Origin: Candidatus Eiseniibacteriota bacterium
GTDB taxonomy: Bacteria; Eisenbacteria; RBG-16-71-46
NCBI GenBank assembly: GCA_038231135.1
Contig: JBBRLX010000026.1
Coordinates: 1 to 64,000 of the forward strand
Direction: 5' to 3'
DNA: 64,000 nucleotides
This document shows positions 26,901 through 35,940 of the stretch, one piece after another. Under the pieces are notes generated by a model. That model did no database searches. It was not told the DNA's origin and saw only the letters and a program-made list of their open reading frames with translations. A program made the position numbers and the translations under genes. Every line of letters starts with the position of its first letter. Within the stretch, counting starts at the first letter, position 1.

Positions 26901-29063
26901 AGGCGCGCCGGCCTTCGCCTGCGGGCCGGCGGCGCGTGGCGCCCCGTCGTCGCGCGGCTCGCCGTCGGGGCCGCTGATGCCGGCGACGCTGAGTGCGTAC
27001 GCCGACGCGGCGAGGCCGTAGTCGATGGCTTCCCGCTGCTCACCAAGACCTGCGAGCGAGCGTTCGATGGCGGCGCGTGCGACGCCGGCGCGCAGCGCCT
27101 CGTGTCCGGCGCCGAGCGAGTCGGCGGCGTGCGCGAGTGCCGCGGCGCGCGCGTCGAGCCGGCGCAGCGAGTCGGGCGCGGCCGCGGCGGCGAGCGTGGA
27201 ATCGACGGCAATCGCGAGCCGCCGCGCCCAGGCTGCCGCCAGGCGGGCCGCCGCGTCGAGCGTGCCCGCGCGATCGATGATCCCGGGTCGCCACGCCTGC
27301 TCGTAGGAGCGCCGGATCAGCGCCGGCGCCGTGGTTCCGAGATTCCCGGCCGCGTCGGCGATCGCCACCGCCAGCGCCTCCTCACCCGCGAGCAACTCGC
27401 GGGCGGTGGGGAAGCCGTCCGGTACCGCCGGCGCGCGCACCGGCGTCGGGCCGTCGACATGGTAGAGCCGCATCGCGCGCACCAGCCGGAGCTGGTCGGC
27501 GGTCTGCGCGAGGATCGCGGCCACCCGCGCCAGCACGTGACGCGTGGCCTCGTCGCGCACCGCCGCAAGCTGCGCGTCGAGCTCGCCGAGCCGCTGCCGC
27601 AGCGAATCGAGGCGCGCGGCGCGCGCGTCGAGTTGCGCCTGCTCGTGGTGCACGGCGCCGAGGCCGGCGCCGAGGTAGCGCGTGCGCTCGGTCGCGACCC
27701 GGCGCGCGGCGTCGGCGTCGGCACGCGCGTCCGAGACCGCTACCCGCGCCTGGGCCAGCCGGCTCGCCGACGCCGCGACCTCGGCCCAGGCTTCGGGACC
27801 CGGCAGCGGCACCGCCCAAAGCGACGGCGCCGCGGGCACGGGTACGGTGACCGCGGGCACGTCCGGCTCCGGCGTCGCCGACAGATCGGCGGCCGTGCGC
27901 ACGAGCCGGTCCGTCCACGCCACGATCGATCCGTCGTCGAGCATCAGCGCATCGCCGGCCGACGCGGGCGATTGCCACGCGCGCCACACGCGATCGGTGG
28001 CGCCGGCGGTGAGCAGGCCGCGCAGCGTATCGTTCTCGGCCAGCCAGTTGCGGTGGACGCGCTCATACAGGCTGCGCGCTCCGGGCCAATCGCCGACATC
28101 CATGGCATGTCCGGCAAGCGCCATGTTCACTTCGTCTTGTGCCGGGTAGTTCGGGTCCCGGGCGAGCAATGACTCCAGCATCCTGCGACCGTGTTCCGCG
28201 TCCGCGCCGTCGAGCTCGATGACGCCGCGCAGGTGCCGGGCCCGGGACGACAGAGCGCTGCCGGCGGGCACGCGTTCGAGCAGCGGCATCGCGTCCTCCC
28301 CACGCTCGAGCCGGCGCGTCGCGGCGCGCAGCAGCGCCGCCCCCGCGAGCTCACGGCCGAGCGCCGTGCTGGTATCGAGTGCCGCCATCGCGGCGAGGTC
28401 GCGCGCCTCGGCTCCCGGATCCGGCGGCGCCGCCGAACGCGACAGGTGGGCGAGGTCCGCCCAGGCCGCCGTCACCGCGACGCCGGGCAGGCCGGGCGCC
28501 CGGTGCGGATCGGCCGCCGCCGCAGTCAGCTCGTGCTCGACCGCGAGCCACGCCGTCCACGCGCTGTGCCGGCGCCAGCCGGCGACGGCGGCGGCGAGTT
28601 GTTCGAAGCGCGCGCCGTCACCCAGCTCGAGCCACGCGTGGCCGAGCAGGAACGCGGCGCGATCGGCGCCCACGAACGCGGGCTCGGGCGTGAACGCGAC
28701 CGGCGCGAGCGCGTCGATGACGCCCCGCAGTTTGCCCAGCCGTTGCTCCGCCACCGCGCGCCGCAGCCGCAGCTCGCCGCCGTCCGAGGAATCGCGCACC
28801 GCGTCGAGCGTGCCCGGGCGCGCGGGCGGGACGGTCGCGGCCGCGGCCTGCACGCCGGCCGCGCCGGCCCGTAGGTGCGCGCGGGGGCGCGCCGACTTCA
28901 ACATGTGCCCCGCCGCGGCGCTCCCGGTGACGGGGACGGGTTGCGCCGGACGCGCGGCCAGCGCGGCACGTGCGTCACCACTCGCCGCGAACATCGCGGC
29001 AACGGCGATCATGACGAGGCGGTCCATCGTGGACCCGGCAGCGTGCATCCTGCGCTCGCTCAC
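23898..29063 (-). CDS. Very large exported TPR protein (1721 aa; GltC/GltD-like, possibly a fusion)
   Basis: Signal peptide, coiled-coil region, many YfiO/BamD-type TPRs (EAWVRIGD..F, ALYKLGWA.F, QLVTAHPGS). Confidence 0.85.
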   Translation of the reverse strand: MSERRMHAAGSTMDRLVMIAVAAMFAASGDARAALAARPAQPVPVTGSAAAGHMLKSARPRAHLRAGAAGVQAAAATVPPARPGTLDAVRDSSDGGELRLRRAVAEQRLGKLRGVIDALAPVAFTPEPAFVGADRAAFLLGHAWLELGDGARFEQLAAAVAGWRRHSAWTAWLAVEHELTAAAADPHRAPGLPGVAVTAAWADLAHLSRSAAPPDPGAEARDLAAMAALDTSTALGRELAGAALLRAATRRLERGEDAMPLLERVPAGSALSSRARHLRGVIELDGADAEHGRRMLESLLARDPNYPAQDEVNMALAGHAMDVGDWPGARSLYERVHRNWLAENDTLRGLLTAGATDRVWRAWQSPASAGDALMLDDGSIVAWTDRLVRTAADLSATPEPDVPAVTVPVPAAPSLWAVPLPGPEAWAEVAASASRLAQARVAVSDARADADAARRVATERTRYLGAGLGAVHHEQAQLDARAARLDSLRQRLGELDAQLAAVRDEATRHVLARVAAILAQTADQLRLVRAMRLYHVDGPTPVRAPAVPDGFPTARELLAGEEALAVAIADAAGNLGTTAPALIRRSYEQAWRPGIIDRAGTLDAAARLAAAWARRLAIAVDSTLAAAAAPDSLRRLDARAAALAHAADSLGAGHEALRAGVARAAIERSLAGLGEQREAIDYGLAASAYALSVAGISGPDGEPRDDGAPRAAGPQAKAGAPAIAAAAVADTTDPARDDPKARHWRGVAVPELRAFLDRHPQSFARGELRCRLADLEMLDARQTFHDRMAVFVKLGGANLALPVLDAAPALAIYRTILREDAGFAHVDAVLFNAGSIMADAADPGALPMFQQLVTAHPGSRYCQEAWVRIGDLAFTDRNYADCIPPYQNAAGGADTTLRAIALYKLGWAEFSLDRFLDAADAFRSILDLYAAGGRVDARVNLADEADAYFVQTIARAGGATAFAGYFDRVGPRPYEIRLLRELAQHFRRYSLYADAIAADRLLIVRHPLDPEALLSAGRMIDSFHRWERPALECSARLEYAPVFVPGSAWYAAQSSDSVRAAGAAFARDAWTTVAQQHHRAGRATGSRADYAEALRLYEVVIAHWPDGDATAGIELDAGEVAVQLAEYSRSLAHYGAAARIGRDSVVTQALWQRVSVTDAWYRSTQTPARAADGAVGGSAAATVSVPRTRRGGAAQTAALTSAGLGADSLALAVIAAADTLLSRRPGHPQAADLMWRQGNLAFAHGWHERAAHDFGRLATERPDDRRAPLAASLRADALFRLARYEDAGAAYQQALAAARRAGDDSLAQRAAQAIPVSYYRVAEAAVAADSSAHANHAALFERVAANWPGFEHADLARYRSGLASLAAGLPRVALRQMQALVADFPHSDLVRDAQLEMATIADSLGDRSQAAQAYAEFANRFPADPQSGGALLRAADRFAQDGKFDRADTLRFGYMQRHPEDVAGSMELLADMARRELAAIDAGHPISSLLPAAAPSAAPARHAGARRGAPARAPASAPPPSRVADYLARAAAHPQLASHELLAQVRYLQGEEAGAALRNAPLRQPLTQTIPVAQKLLDATLQRYRESVDFGDSEWAHASTFRIGQTLLAFGDELLHSERPAGLGAADLAAYDDVIAQQARPFFERGEGVWTDLLRQKQAEAPDDPWIRLAQESLWKRIGGRFENVTEAEVPLVIGAPPADAQKRKPHPEDPDRKDGDGGRR

Positions 29064-29875
29064 GGCACCCGGGCGTCATTGAGCCAGGTGCTCGCGTGGA
29101 TGCCGGGTGCGCCTTCGGCGGCACGCACCGCGGACAGGTCGAGGTGCAGCAGCGTCAGCCGGTCACGCGGCGGATCGAGCGTGACGAATCCCGCGTCGCC
29201 GGCGGCGCCGCCGCCCGCGAGCGCGATCTGCACCACCTGCTCGCGCGGCTCGACGTAGCCGTGGAAGATCTGCACGGCGCCGCCCTGCCGCAGCGCGTCG
29301 CGCTCCCCGGCGGACAGCGTCACCGTGAGCAGCGAACCATCTTCGAGCGTGAGCTGCACGGCGGACGGCGTGGCGTCCGGCGGATAGCCGCTCAGCACCA
29401 CCGCGAGCGAGGTGCGCTGGTCGCCGGTGAAGTCGGCCTGCAGCACGCCGAGCCGCGCGCGCTGGGCTGCGAGCTGCCGGTCGAACTCATCGAGTTGTGC
29501 TTCGAGATCGCCGAGCTCGGTGACGCTGTGCAGCAGCTCGCGCGACCGTCCGGCCTGGTCCGCGAGCGCCACGGAGTCCCGCGACGCCGCGACGGCGGCG
29601 AGCAGCTCCCGATAGGTGAGGAACCTGGGGTCGATCGATACCGCGGCCGCCGAGCCGCTGGCAGGCTGCTGCCGCGTGCGGTCGAGCGCCGCGCGGATGA
29701 AATCGCGGTTCTCGCGCAGGAACCGCAGCGTCGGATGAGATTCCTTGTGCGGACGCACGCGCTCGACCCGCACGTCGGTGGCGGTCGGGGTGGCGTGCGC
29801 ACGCGACGCGGGCGCGGCATTCGCGGCGTGAGGCGCGAGCGCGAGACAGGTGAGCCATACGATCAGCCGCGCCAC
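29060..29875 (-). CDS. Exported coiled-coil plus beta-domain protein typical of Glt-like clusters
   Basis: Signal peptide, coiled coil, then LTLEDG..LTVTLSAGERDALRQGGAVQIFHG, similar to the 'E..AL..GG.Q..' gene found before TPR genes in Glt-like clusters. Confidence 0.7.
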   Translation of the reverse strand: MARLIVWLTCLALAPHAANAAPASRAHATPTATDVRVERVRPHKESHPTLRFLRENRDFIRAALDRTRQQPASGSAAAVSIDPRFLTYRELLAAVAASRDSVALADQAGRSRELLHSVTELGDLEAQLDEFDRQLAAQRARLGVLQADFTGDQRTSLAVVLSGYPPDATPSAVQLTLEDGSLLTVTLSAGERDALRQGGAVQIFHGYVEPREQVVQIALAGGGAAGDAGFVTLDPPRDRLTLLHLDLSAVRAAEGAPGIHASTWLNDARVP

Positions 29876-30459
29876 GTGCGCCTCACCTTCCCCTGCGTCG
29901 CGTCGACGAGCACGAACAGCGACGGCGCGTTCGGGACCGTGTAGACCAGCATCCAGCTCGTGCGGTCGGGATCGGATTCGTCGAACGCGCCGCGCATCAG
30001 CAGCATCGTGGTGAGCCGCCCGCCCGGCGGGTGCTGGAACGAGTACCCGGCCTCGCGATCCGCGGCTGCGATCGCGGCGCCGCTGTCGATCCAGTCGGAC
30101 GCGACCGGCGGCGCTTCGAGCGTCATGTCGAGATTGTCGGCGACGAGAATCCGCCGGTCGCGCACCGAATACACCCGCGCCTTGCGCGTCAACGGCGAGT
30201 AGAACAGGTAGCTCCAGCGCGCGGCCGCGCCGGCGCCGGTCAGGTCCTCGTCGTTCTCGAGATAGATCAGGATCGCGTCGGGCGACCACGACCGGGCGCC
30301 GGCGGTCGCGAGCTCGAGGCCCGAGCGCGCCTCGACGGGAGCGGTCGGCGCGGCGCGCGACGGCGCCGCGGCCGCGACGCACATCACGAGTGCGAAAACG
30401 GCGGCGGCGAACGGCGTGCGTTCGCGCCGGGAATGGAACGGTTCGGTCGGGGTCGGCAT
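29863..30459 (-). CDS. Exported protein with PepSY-like C-terminus
   Basis: Signal peptide; WIDSGAAIAAA...W.LVY....VLVDATQGKV PepSY-like pattern; RBS GGAGG. Confidence 0.7.
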   Translation of the reverse strand: MPTPTEPFHSRRERTPFAAAVFALVMCVAAAAPSRAAPTAPVEARSGLELATAGARSWSPDAILIYLENDEDLTGAGAAARWSYLFYSPLTRKARVYSVRDRRILVADNLDMTLEAPPVASDWIDSGAAIAAADREAGYSFQHPPGGRLTTMLLMRGAFDESDPDRTSWMLVYTVPNAPSLFVLVDATQGKVRRTWRG

Positions 30460-30473
30460 CGCGGGATCCCTCC

Positions 30474-31514
30474 TCAGAACAGCAGCAGGCTGCCGAGCGT
30501 GAATTCGATGTTGTTGTTGGGACGACGCGCGTCGGCGGAGCCGGTCGAGAACCGGTAGTCGCGAACTTCCCAGCGCATCGCGGAGCGTTTCGACAGGTAG
30601 AGCGTGGTGCCGCCGCCGAAGTTGAAGCTCGGCTCCGACTCGCCGCGCATGATCGCCGAGCCGACGCCGGCGCTGACGTACGGCACCATCTGGCGGCCGG
30701 GCATCAGCTCCCAGGTCGCGTTCAGGTGGTAGAACAGCATGTGGAAGTCCTCAGCCTCGAGCGACAGGCCGAACAGCGATTCGACGATCTCGGCCGGCCG
30801 GTGCACGTGCGTCCAGCCGAGGCCGCCTTCCACCTGCAGCCGGTCGAACACGTAGTAGCCGATGCCGCCGCCGAGCACGAGCGAGTTCGACTTGCGGTCG
30901 AACGCGTAGCCGCCCGCGTGTCCCGACAGGATGAAGCTGCCGGTGCGGGAATACAGTTTGGGGTTGGGGCGGAACTCGAGATCCGACAGGTCGTCGAATT
31001 CCCGGCACAGCGAGGAGTGGACCCAGCCGGTCTCGGTGTCGGACAGCCGGATGTTGTACCAGTCGCCGCTCTTCGCGATCACCGGGAACACCGCCTTGTC
31101 GTTGTACACCCCGGCGATCGAATACGCGCCGCCCGGGCCCGAGCGCACGACGTTGTGGGCGCCGCCCGTGAGCCGCACCTTGCGCGTGCTGTGGAGGCCC
31201 GGGTTCTGGACCGAAGCCGGATGAGCGGCGGTGCGCGCCGGGTCCGGCGCGGCGGAGCCGGCCGGGTCCGCCGTCGCGGCCGATTCGGCGGCGGGAGGGA
31301 CGAGCGCCGGCGCGGCCGTGCTGTCGGCGGTAGCGGCTTCGGCCCACGCGGTCGCGGCGCCGACGAGTGCGTTTGCGAGCGCGGCTGCCACGATCAGCCC
31401 GGCGAACACGGCCGCCCGGACGGCGTGCGGCGCGCGCCACGCGGCCCTGCGTGCGGGCCCGTGCGCAGCGAGTGCGGCAGGGCCGGCCGTGGAACTGCGA
31501 ACGCAATGCTTCAT
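30474..31514 (-). CDS. SH3 domain plus outer-membrane beta-barrel protein
   Basis: SH3b pattern NVVRSGPGGAYSIAG...GDWYNIRL...GWVHS; barrel with PYVSAGVG and FNFGGG strands and terminal LLLF. Confidence 0.85.
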   Translation of the reverse strand: MKHCVRSSTAGPAALAAHGPARRAAWRAPHAVRAAVFAGLIVAAALANALVGAATAWAEAATADSTAAPALVPPAAESAATADPAGSAAPDPARTAAHPASVQNPGLHSTRKVRLTGGAHNVVRSGPGGAYSIAGVYNDKAVFPVIAKSGDWYNIRLSDTETGWVHSSLCREFDDLSDLEFRPNPKLYSRTGSFILSGHAGGYAFDRKSNSLVLGGGIGYYVFDRLQVEGGLGWTHVHRPAEIVESLFGLSLEAEDFHMLFYHLNATWELMPGRQMVPYVSAGVGSAIMRGESEPSFNFGGGTTLYLSKRSAMRWEVRDYRFSTGSADARRPNNNIEFTLGSLLLF

Positions 31515-31543
31515 CGTGACGTCCCTTTCATCGTGAAGACGAC

Positions 31544-32227
31544 TCATCGTCTGCCGAGTATTCGTGCCAGCTCGATGCGTGCGTTCCAGTCCCGGAACCG
31601 CTCGTGCCGGAGCACGGTACCGCCGCCGCTCTGGTGCGCGGTGTCCATACCGAAGGCCCGGGTGTCGAGCTCGATGCCCGTCTCCCATGACTCCGCCACG
31701 CGCCGCCGCAGCGCGAGCCCGCCGCCCACGGCCCAACTATCGACCGGCCGGAGCGCGACCTCCGCGGGCGCGCCGCCCGTCGGAACGCTCACGTGATCCG
31801 GCGAATACCCGATGCGCATGCGGCCCACGCTCGCGAGCGCCTCCAGCGAGCCGCCCCAGCGCGACACCAGCCGCGCGCGACCGACCGCGTCCAGGCTCGT
31901 CGCGCGCACGCGCGGATCCGGGGCGCCGCCGAGATCGATGTGCTGGGTCGTGCTCGTCGTCCACGCCCTGAGGCCCGCGCCGAACCGTCCGGCACCGGCG
32001 ACCACCTGGGCTCCCCACGCGCCGCGCGCGCCCACGTCCCACTGGTAATCGGCCAGCCGGCGGTCGGACTGTGAGGCTCCCGACAGCAGGCCCAGCGTGA
32101 TCCAGCGCGGGGTGCGGGCGCCGGCCGCCGCGTCGCGCGCGGCGTCGCTGGCGCCGGACGTCGCGGCGTGCGCACCCGCCGGCAGCGCGAGCAGGACCAC
32201 GAGCGCGATGCGGGCCGCCGGCGTCAC
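31544..32227 (-). CDS. Exported protein, probable outer-membrane beta-barrel
   Basis: GTG start overlapping the upstream stop, signal peptide, amphipathic strands (SWAVGGGLALR, WNARIEL). Confidence 0.7.
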   Translation of the reverse strand: MTPAARIALVVLLALPAGAHAATSGASDAARDAAAGARTPRWITLGLLSGASQSDRRLADYQWDVGARGAWGAQVVAGAGRFGAGLRAWTTSTTQHIDLGGAPDPRVRATSLDAVGRARLVSRWGGSLEALASVGRMRIGYSPDHVSVPTGGAPAEVALRPVDSWAVGGGLALRRRVAESWETGIELDTRAFGMDTAHQSGGGTVLRHERFRDWNARIELARILGRR

Positions 32228-32808
32228 GGCGCCACCGCGCCCGACACCAGCAGTTCCATGCCCACCGGCAGCACTTCGCGCTGCGACGACACGAACGGGG
32301 TGATCAGGATCGAATCGGCGCCGCTGTCCTGCTCGATGCGCTGGCCGCTGCCGAGGTAGCACACCAGGAAAAGCCGCGAGCCGCTCGCGGGCGTGGTCGC
32401 GGTGAACGTGAAGTCGACGGGCTGGATCAGGTGGTCCCAGCCGGTGACCGCGCGTGTCGCGCGCCCGAGCGAGCGTGAGTGCAGCAGCAGGTCGTCGATG
32501 CTCGTCGCCATCGGCACCCGCGGCGCGTCGGGGGCGATGCCGAGTGCCGCGGTCCCGAGCGAATCGCTGGCGCGCAGTTCGGCCACCGCGTAGCCGGTGA
32601 GCAGCGCGCGCCACGTGACGGTCGCGTGCAGCGTGATCGGCTGCGCGGCGCCCGCGGGCACGACCTGCTGCGGCGCGACGCTGGCGCTGACGACGTCGAC
32701 GCGTGTCCAGCGATCCTCGATCTTCGGCTTGTCGAGACAGCCGCCGAGCGTGACGGCGCCCATGAGCAGCAGCACGACGGGGGTGGCCTGCACGAACCGC
32801 CGTGTCAC
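32224..32808 (-). CDS. Hypothetical lipoprotein
   Basis: Lipobox LGGC; GTGA coupling on both sides. Confidence 0.75.
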   Translation of the reverse strand: MTRRFVQATPVVLLLMGAVTLGGCLDKPKIEDRWTRVDVVSASVAPQQVVPAGAAQPITLHATVTWRALLTGYAVAELRASDSLGTAALGIAPDAPRVPMATSIDDLLLHSRSLGRATRAVTGWDHLIQPVDFTFTATTPASGSRLFLVCYLGSGQRIEQDSGADSILITPFVSSQREVLPVGMELLVSGAVAP

Positions 32809-34448
32809 CGGACCAGCACCAGTCGCCGCGACCGCTCGGCGGCGCCGGCCGCGAGCCGCACGAAGTACACGCCGGGCGCGAGGCGCGTGCCGCCGTCGCC
32901 CGCGCCATCCCACACCACCTCGTTGCGCCCCGCGGCGAACGCGCCGGCGAAGTGCCGCACGGCGCGGCCGGCCGGGTCGTACAGCGCGAGCCGGGTGTTC
33001 GCGCCGCCCGACGCCGGCAGCACGAACGCGATGCGCGTCGAGCCGACGACCGGGTTCGGCGTGTTGCCGAGCAGCATCGCGACCGCCGGCAGCGTCGCCG
33101 CGCCGCCGTTGACGCGGAACCCGGTGGTGGCGGTGGCGCCCGTGCCGCCGGAATACGCCGACGCCGCGACGATGCGCAGCACGACGTCCCCGGTGCCCAC
33201 TGCGGCCAGGTCGCCGTCGCTGAGCGGCAGCGTGTGGATGCCGGCCTCGAGCATGCCCGCATCGTGACGCACGAGCGTGCGGCCCGAACCGGCGTCCGCC
33301 AGCTCGAGCGTCACCTGACCGCGATCGGTGAGCGTGAACCGCGCGGCGGGGGAGCGGTCCTGCACGACCGCCAGCTCCGCGACGTCGAGGCCCAGGCTCC
33401 ACAGCCGCATGCCGGTGGCGTCGGACCACTGCTCGACGGACACCGCGTTCGGCCGGCCCTCGCGCGTGACCGTGTTGCTGCGATGGTCGCGCACCGTGAA
33501 GAACGGGACCCGGAAGCTGCGCGGGCGCGCGAGGCCAGAGTGCAGATCCGCGAGCGGGACCATGTCGGCCGCGAACTTCCGCACGAGCCCCTGGTTCGGC
33601 GCCGCCGCGTACAGGTTGCCCCACGCGTCGGCGTCGAGCGACGTCACGACGTCCACGTCGCTCGGCGCGTCGGCGATCCACGCCAGCGCGCCGCCCTCGT
33701 AACGCAGGTGGACGATCCGGCGGGTGTGCGCGTCGGCGACGAACACGTCGGGCGTGCAGGCGCCGCCGGCGCGGCCCACGGTGAGCGCCAGCGGCCCCGC
33801 GAACCGGCCCGGCCCGTTGCCGAGGCCGCCGATCGCCGCGGCGAGCCGCGGCCCCGCGGGCTCGAGCGCGTACGCGAGCACTCGGTTCGTGCCGGTGTCG
33901 GCGACATACAGCCGGTCGTCGCCGGTCACGAACGGCGTGCCGCCGTCGGACCAGCTGACATCGTAGGGGCGGCTCATCCCCCGGATCTCGTACTGCGGGA
34001 CCAGCGTCATGTCGCCGAATTCGCTCGAGGCCAGGAACACGAGCACGCGATCGTTGCCGGTATCGGCGACGTACACGTGATTCGAGGCGTCCACGGCGAG
34101 CCCGTGCGGGTCGTTGAGCGCGCCCAGCGGCTGGTTCCTGCCGTCGTAGGCGTCGAGCGAGCGCCCGAGCTCGCCGAACACCAGCCGGTTCCAGCGCGGG
34201 TCCGACACCACCTGGAACGTCCGCGTCTCGACGTACGGGAACACGTCGTACACGTCGACCGAGCCGAGCGTCACCGTGGCATAGGGGTTCGCGAACAGCT
34301 CGCGGCCCACCTGCCGGCGCGCGGCATCACGGGTCAGCGCATCCAGCCCCTGGTCGGGCGCGATGCGGGCCGGCGAGAACGTCGCCGCCGTCGCGGACGA
34401 TGCGAGGGCCACACCGATCAGGAACCACATCATCACGAGTCTTCGCAC
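32805..34448 (-). CDS. NHL-repeat secreted protein with C-terminal FlgD-Ig-like domain
   Basis: LNDPHGLAVD...VYVADTGNDRV NHL repeats; C-terminal PNP...ALYDPAGR...WDG...PGVYFVRL. Confidence 0.85.
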   Translation of the reverse strand: MRRLVMMWFLIGVALASSATAATFSPARIAPDQGLDALTRDAARRQVGRELFANPYATVTLGSVDVYDVFPYVETRTFQVVSDPRWNRLVFGELGRSLDAYDGRNQPLGALNDPHGLAVDASNHVYVADTGNDRVLVFLASSEFGDMTLVPQYEIRGMSRPYDVSWSDGGTPFVTGDDRLYVADTGTNRVLAYALEPAGPRLAAAIGGLGNGPGRFAGPLALTVGRAGGACTPDVFVADAHTRRIVHLRYEGGALAWIADAPSDVDVVTSLDADAWGNLYAAAPNQGLVRKFAADMVPLADLHSGLARPRSFRVPFFTVRDHRSNTVTREGRPNAVSVEQWSDATGMRLWSLGLDVAELAVVQDRSPAARFTLTDRGQVTLELADAGSGRTLVRHDAGMLEAGIHTLPLSDGDLAAVGTGDVVLRIVAASAYSGGTGATATTGFRVNGGAATLPAVAMLLGNTPNPVVGSTRIAFVLPASGGANTRLALYDPAGRAVRHFAGAFAAGRNEVVWDGAGDGGTRLAPGVYFVRLAAGAAERSRRLVLVR

Positions 34449-34480
34449 GCTCAGCTCCCCTGTCCTGCCACCCTTGGGCA

Positions 34481-35665
34481 CTAGAACCGGTAGACGACGC
34501 CGGATTCCAGGATGTCCGCCGAGTAGTTGTTGCTGTTGAAGTACCGCTCGTAGTCGAGCGTCAGGTCGAACTGCCGCACCAGCGGCGTCCGGGCCGCGAG
34601 CACTCCCAGATCGAAATCCAGCGTCACGCCGAACAGATGCGAGGCCAGCGGGCCGAGCCGGTAGTCGCCGGTGAGATAGCCGTCGACGCCGTTCGTCGAG
34701 TCGTATTCCGGCCGGTAGAACCGCGCCGCGGTCTGCGTGTAATAGCGGTACTCGTACTGGGCGAACATTCCGTGCGTGAGGTACTGGCTCAGGCGGCTGC
34801 TCGCCTCGTGCGACAGGATTCCCCAGTCGTCGGTGTAGAACCGGTAGTCGAACTTGAGGCTCGAGCGGTTCGGCAGGTACTGGTTGAACTTCACGAACGC
34901 GTCGCTGCGGGACCGGCTGCGCGGATGGCGTTCGGGCACGCTGGTGCCGCCGGCGTACACGCGGCGATAGGGGTTGTGCTGGAGGCCGTCGACGAGGTTC
35001 TCCTCGACGCCGAATCGCACCATCGACGTCGACGACAGGATCTGCGTGGCGACCGCGTTCCAATGGAGCGTCGTCTTGTGATCCGCGCCGGTGCTGGTGT
35101 TGTCGTTCGACTTAGGGTCGATGCGGTCCCAGCCGTAGCTGGTGCCGACGGCCAGGTTGAGCTGGCGGTTGCGCAGGTCGCGGTTGTAGGAGCCGCCGAT
35201 CTGGCGCGCGAGGTAGTCGCTCTCGATCGAGTGGTAGTAGTCGAGCTCGGCGCTGCCGTGCGTGACCTGGCCCTGCAGCTCGTTGCGGAGCTTGGAGAAG
35301 TCCTGGTACGCGTTGCCGCGGATCGGCCGGCTCGCCGTGGTGATCGCGTCGACCGCCTCGGGGCTGCCGGCCGGCGCCGAGATGCCGGGCACGGTCACGC
35401 GCTCGTTGTTGTAGTGCAGCGTGAGCCCGTAGTCCGGGCCGAGCGGCACCGACACGTCCTGGATCAGCGAGCGCACCAGCACGTGCTTCGAGTCCGCGAA
35501 GTAGCGCAGCAACCCGTTCGCCGTCTGCGGATCGTCGGCGTCCGCGGCGGCGCCCGCCCGGGCGCACGCGAGGCTCAGCGCCAGCACGAGCAGCCCGGCG
35601 CTGCAGCCGGGCCGGCGGCCGTTCCGCGGCCGGCACGGCATAGGCGCGGTCATGCGCGGCGTCAC
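34481..35665 (-). CDS. DUF3570 domain-containing outer-membrane beta-barrel protein
   Basis: VDAITTAS, ESDY, NPYR, ERHP.SR, YRFYTDDWGI and YRYYTQTAA.FY motifs; terminal YRF. Confidence 0.88.
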   Translation of the reverse strand: MTPRMTAPMPCRPRNGRRPGCSAGLLVLALSLACARAGAAADADDPQTANGLLRYFADSKHVLVRSLIQDVSVPLGPDYGLTLHYNNERVTVPGISAPAGSPEAVDAITTASRPIRGNAYQDFSKLRNELQGQVTHGSAELDYYHSIESDYLARQIGGSYNRDLRNRQLNLAVGTSYGWDRIDPKSNDNTSTGADHKTTLHWNAVATQILSSTSMVRFGVEENLVDGLQHNPYRRVYAGGTSVPERHPRSRSRSDAFVKFNQYLPNRSSLKFDYRFYTDDWGILSHEASSRLSQYLTHGMFAQYEYRYYTQTAARFYRPEYDSTNGVDGYLTGDYRLGPLASHLFGVTLDFDLGVLAARTPLVRQFDLTLDYERYFNSNNYSADILESGVVYRF

Positions 35666-35940
35666 TTGCACGCGCAGCCTCCGCCTTCGCCGCCGTCGCC
35701 GCCGGTCGAGCCTTCGCGCGCCTCGAACGCCTTGGTGCGGCGCGCGTCCTTCTTCGCCTCCGTCTTGAACGACATGATCGGGTCGGCGAGGTGCTCGCGC
35801 TGATAGACCTGCACGTTCCGGGCGGCGCAACCGGCCGTGGTCGCGAGCATCGCGGCGAGCGCGGCGCACGCCAGCAGGCGGCGCGCCACGGCTCGTGCCC
35901 TGCGGGCTCCGCGCGGCAGGTTCCGGATGCCCGGGGTCAC
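35662..35940 (-). CDS. DUF4266 domain-containing lipoprotein
   Basis: Lipobox TAGC; YQREHLADPIM...REGSTGG...GGGCAC signature. Confidence 0.88.
   Translation of the reverse strand: MTPGIRNLPRGARRARAVARRLLACAALAAMLATTAGCAARNVQVYQREHLADPIMSFKTEAKKDARRTKAFEAREGSTGGDGGEGGGCACK

Noticed and set aside
19613..29875. Assigning agl/glt gene symbols or claiming gliding motility
   Set aside because: Similarity is at family and gene-order level only; the TonB-like protein has no FHA domain and no GltI/J-like genes are recognisable
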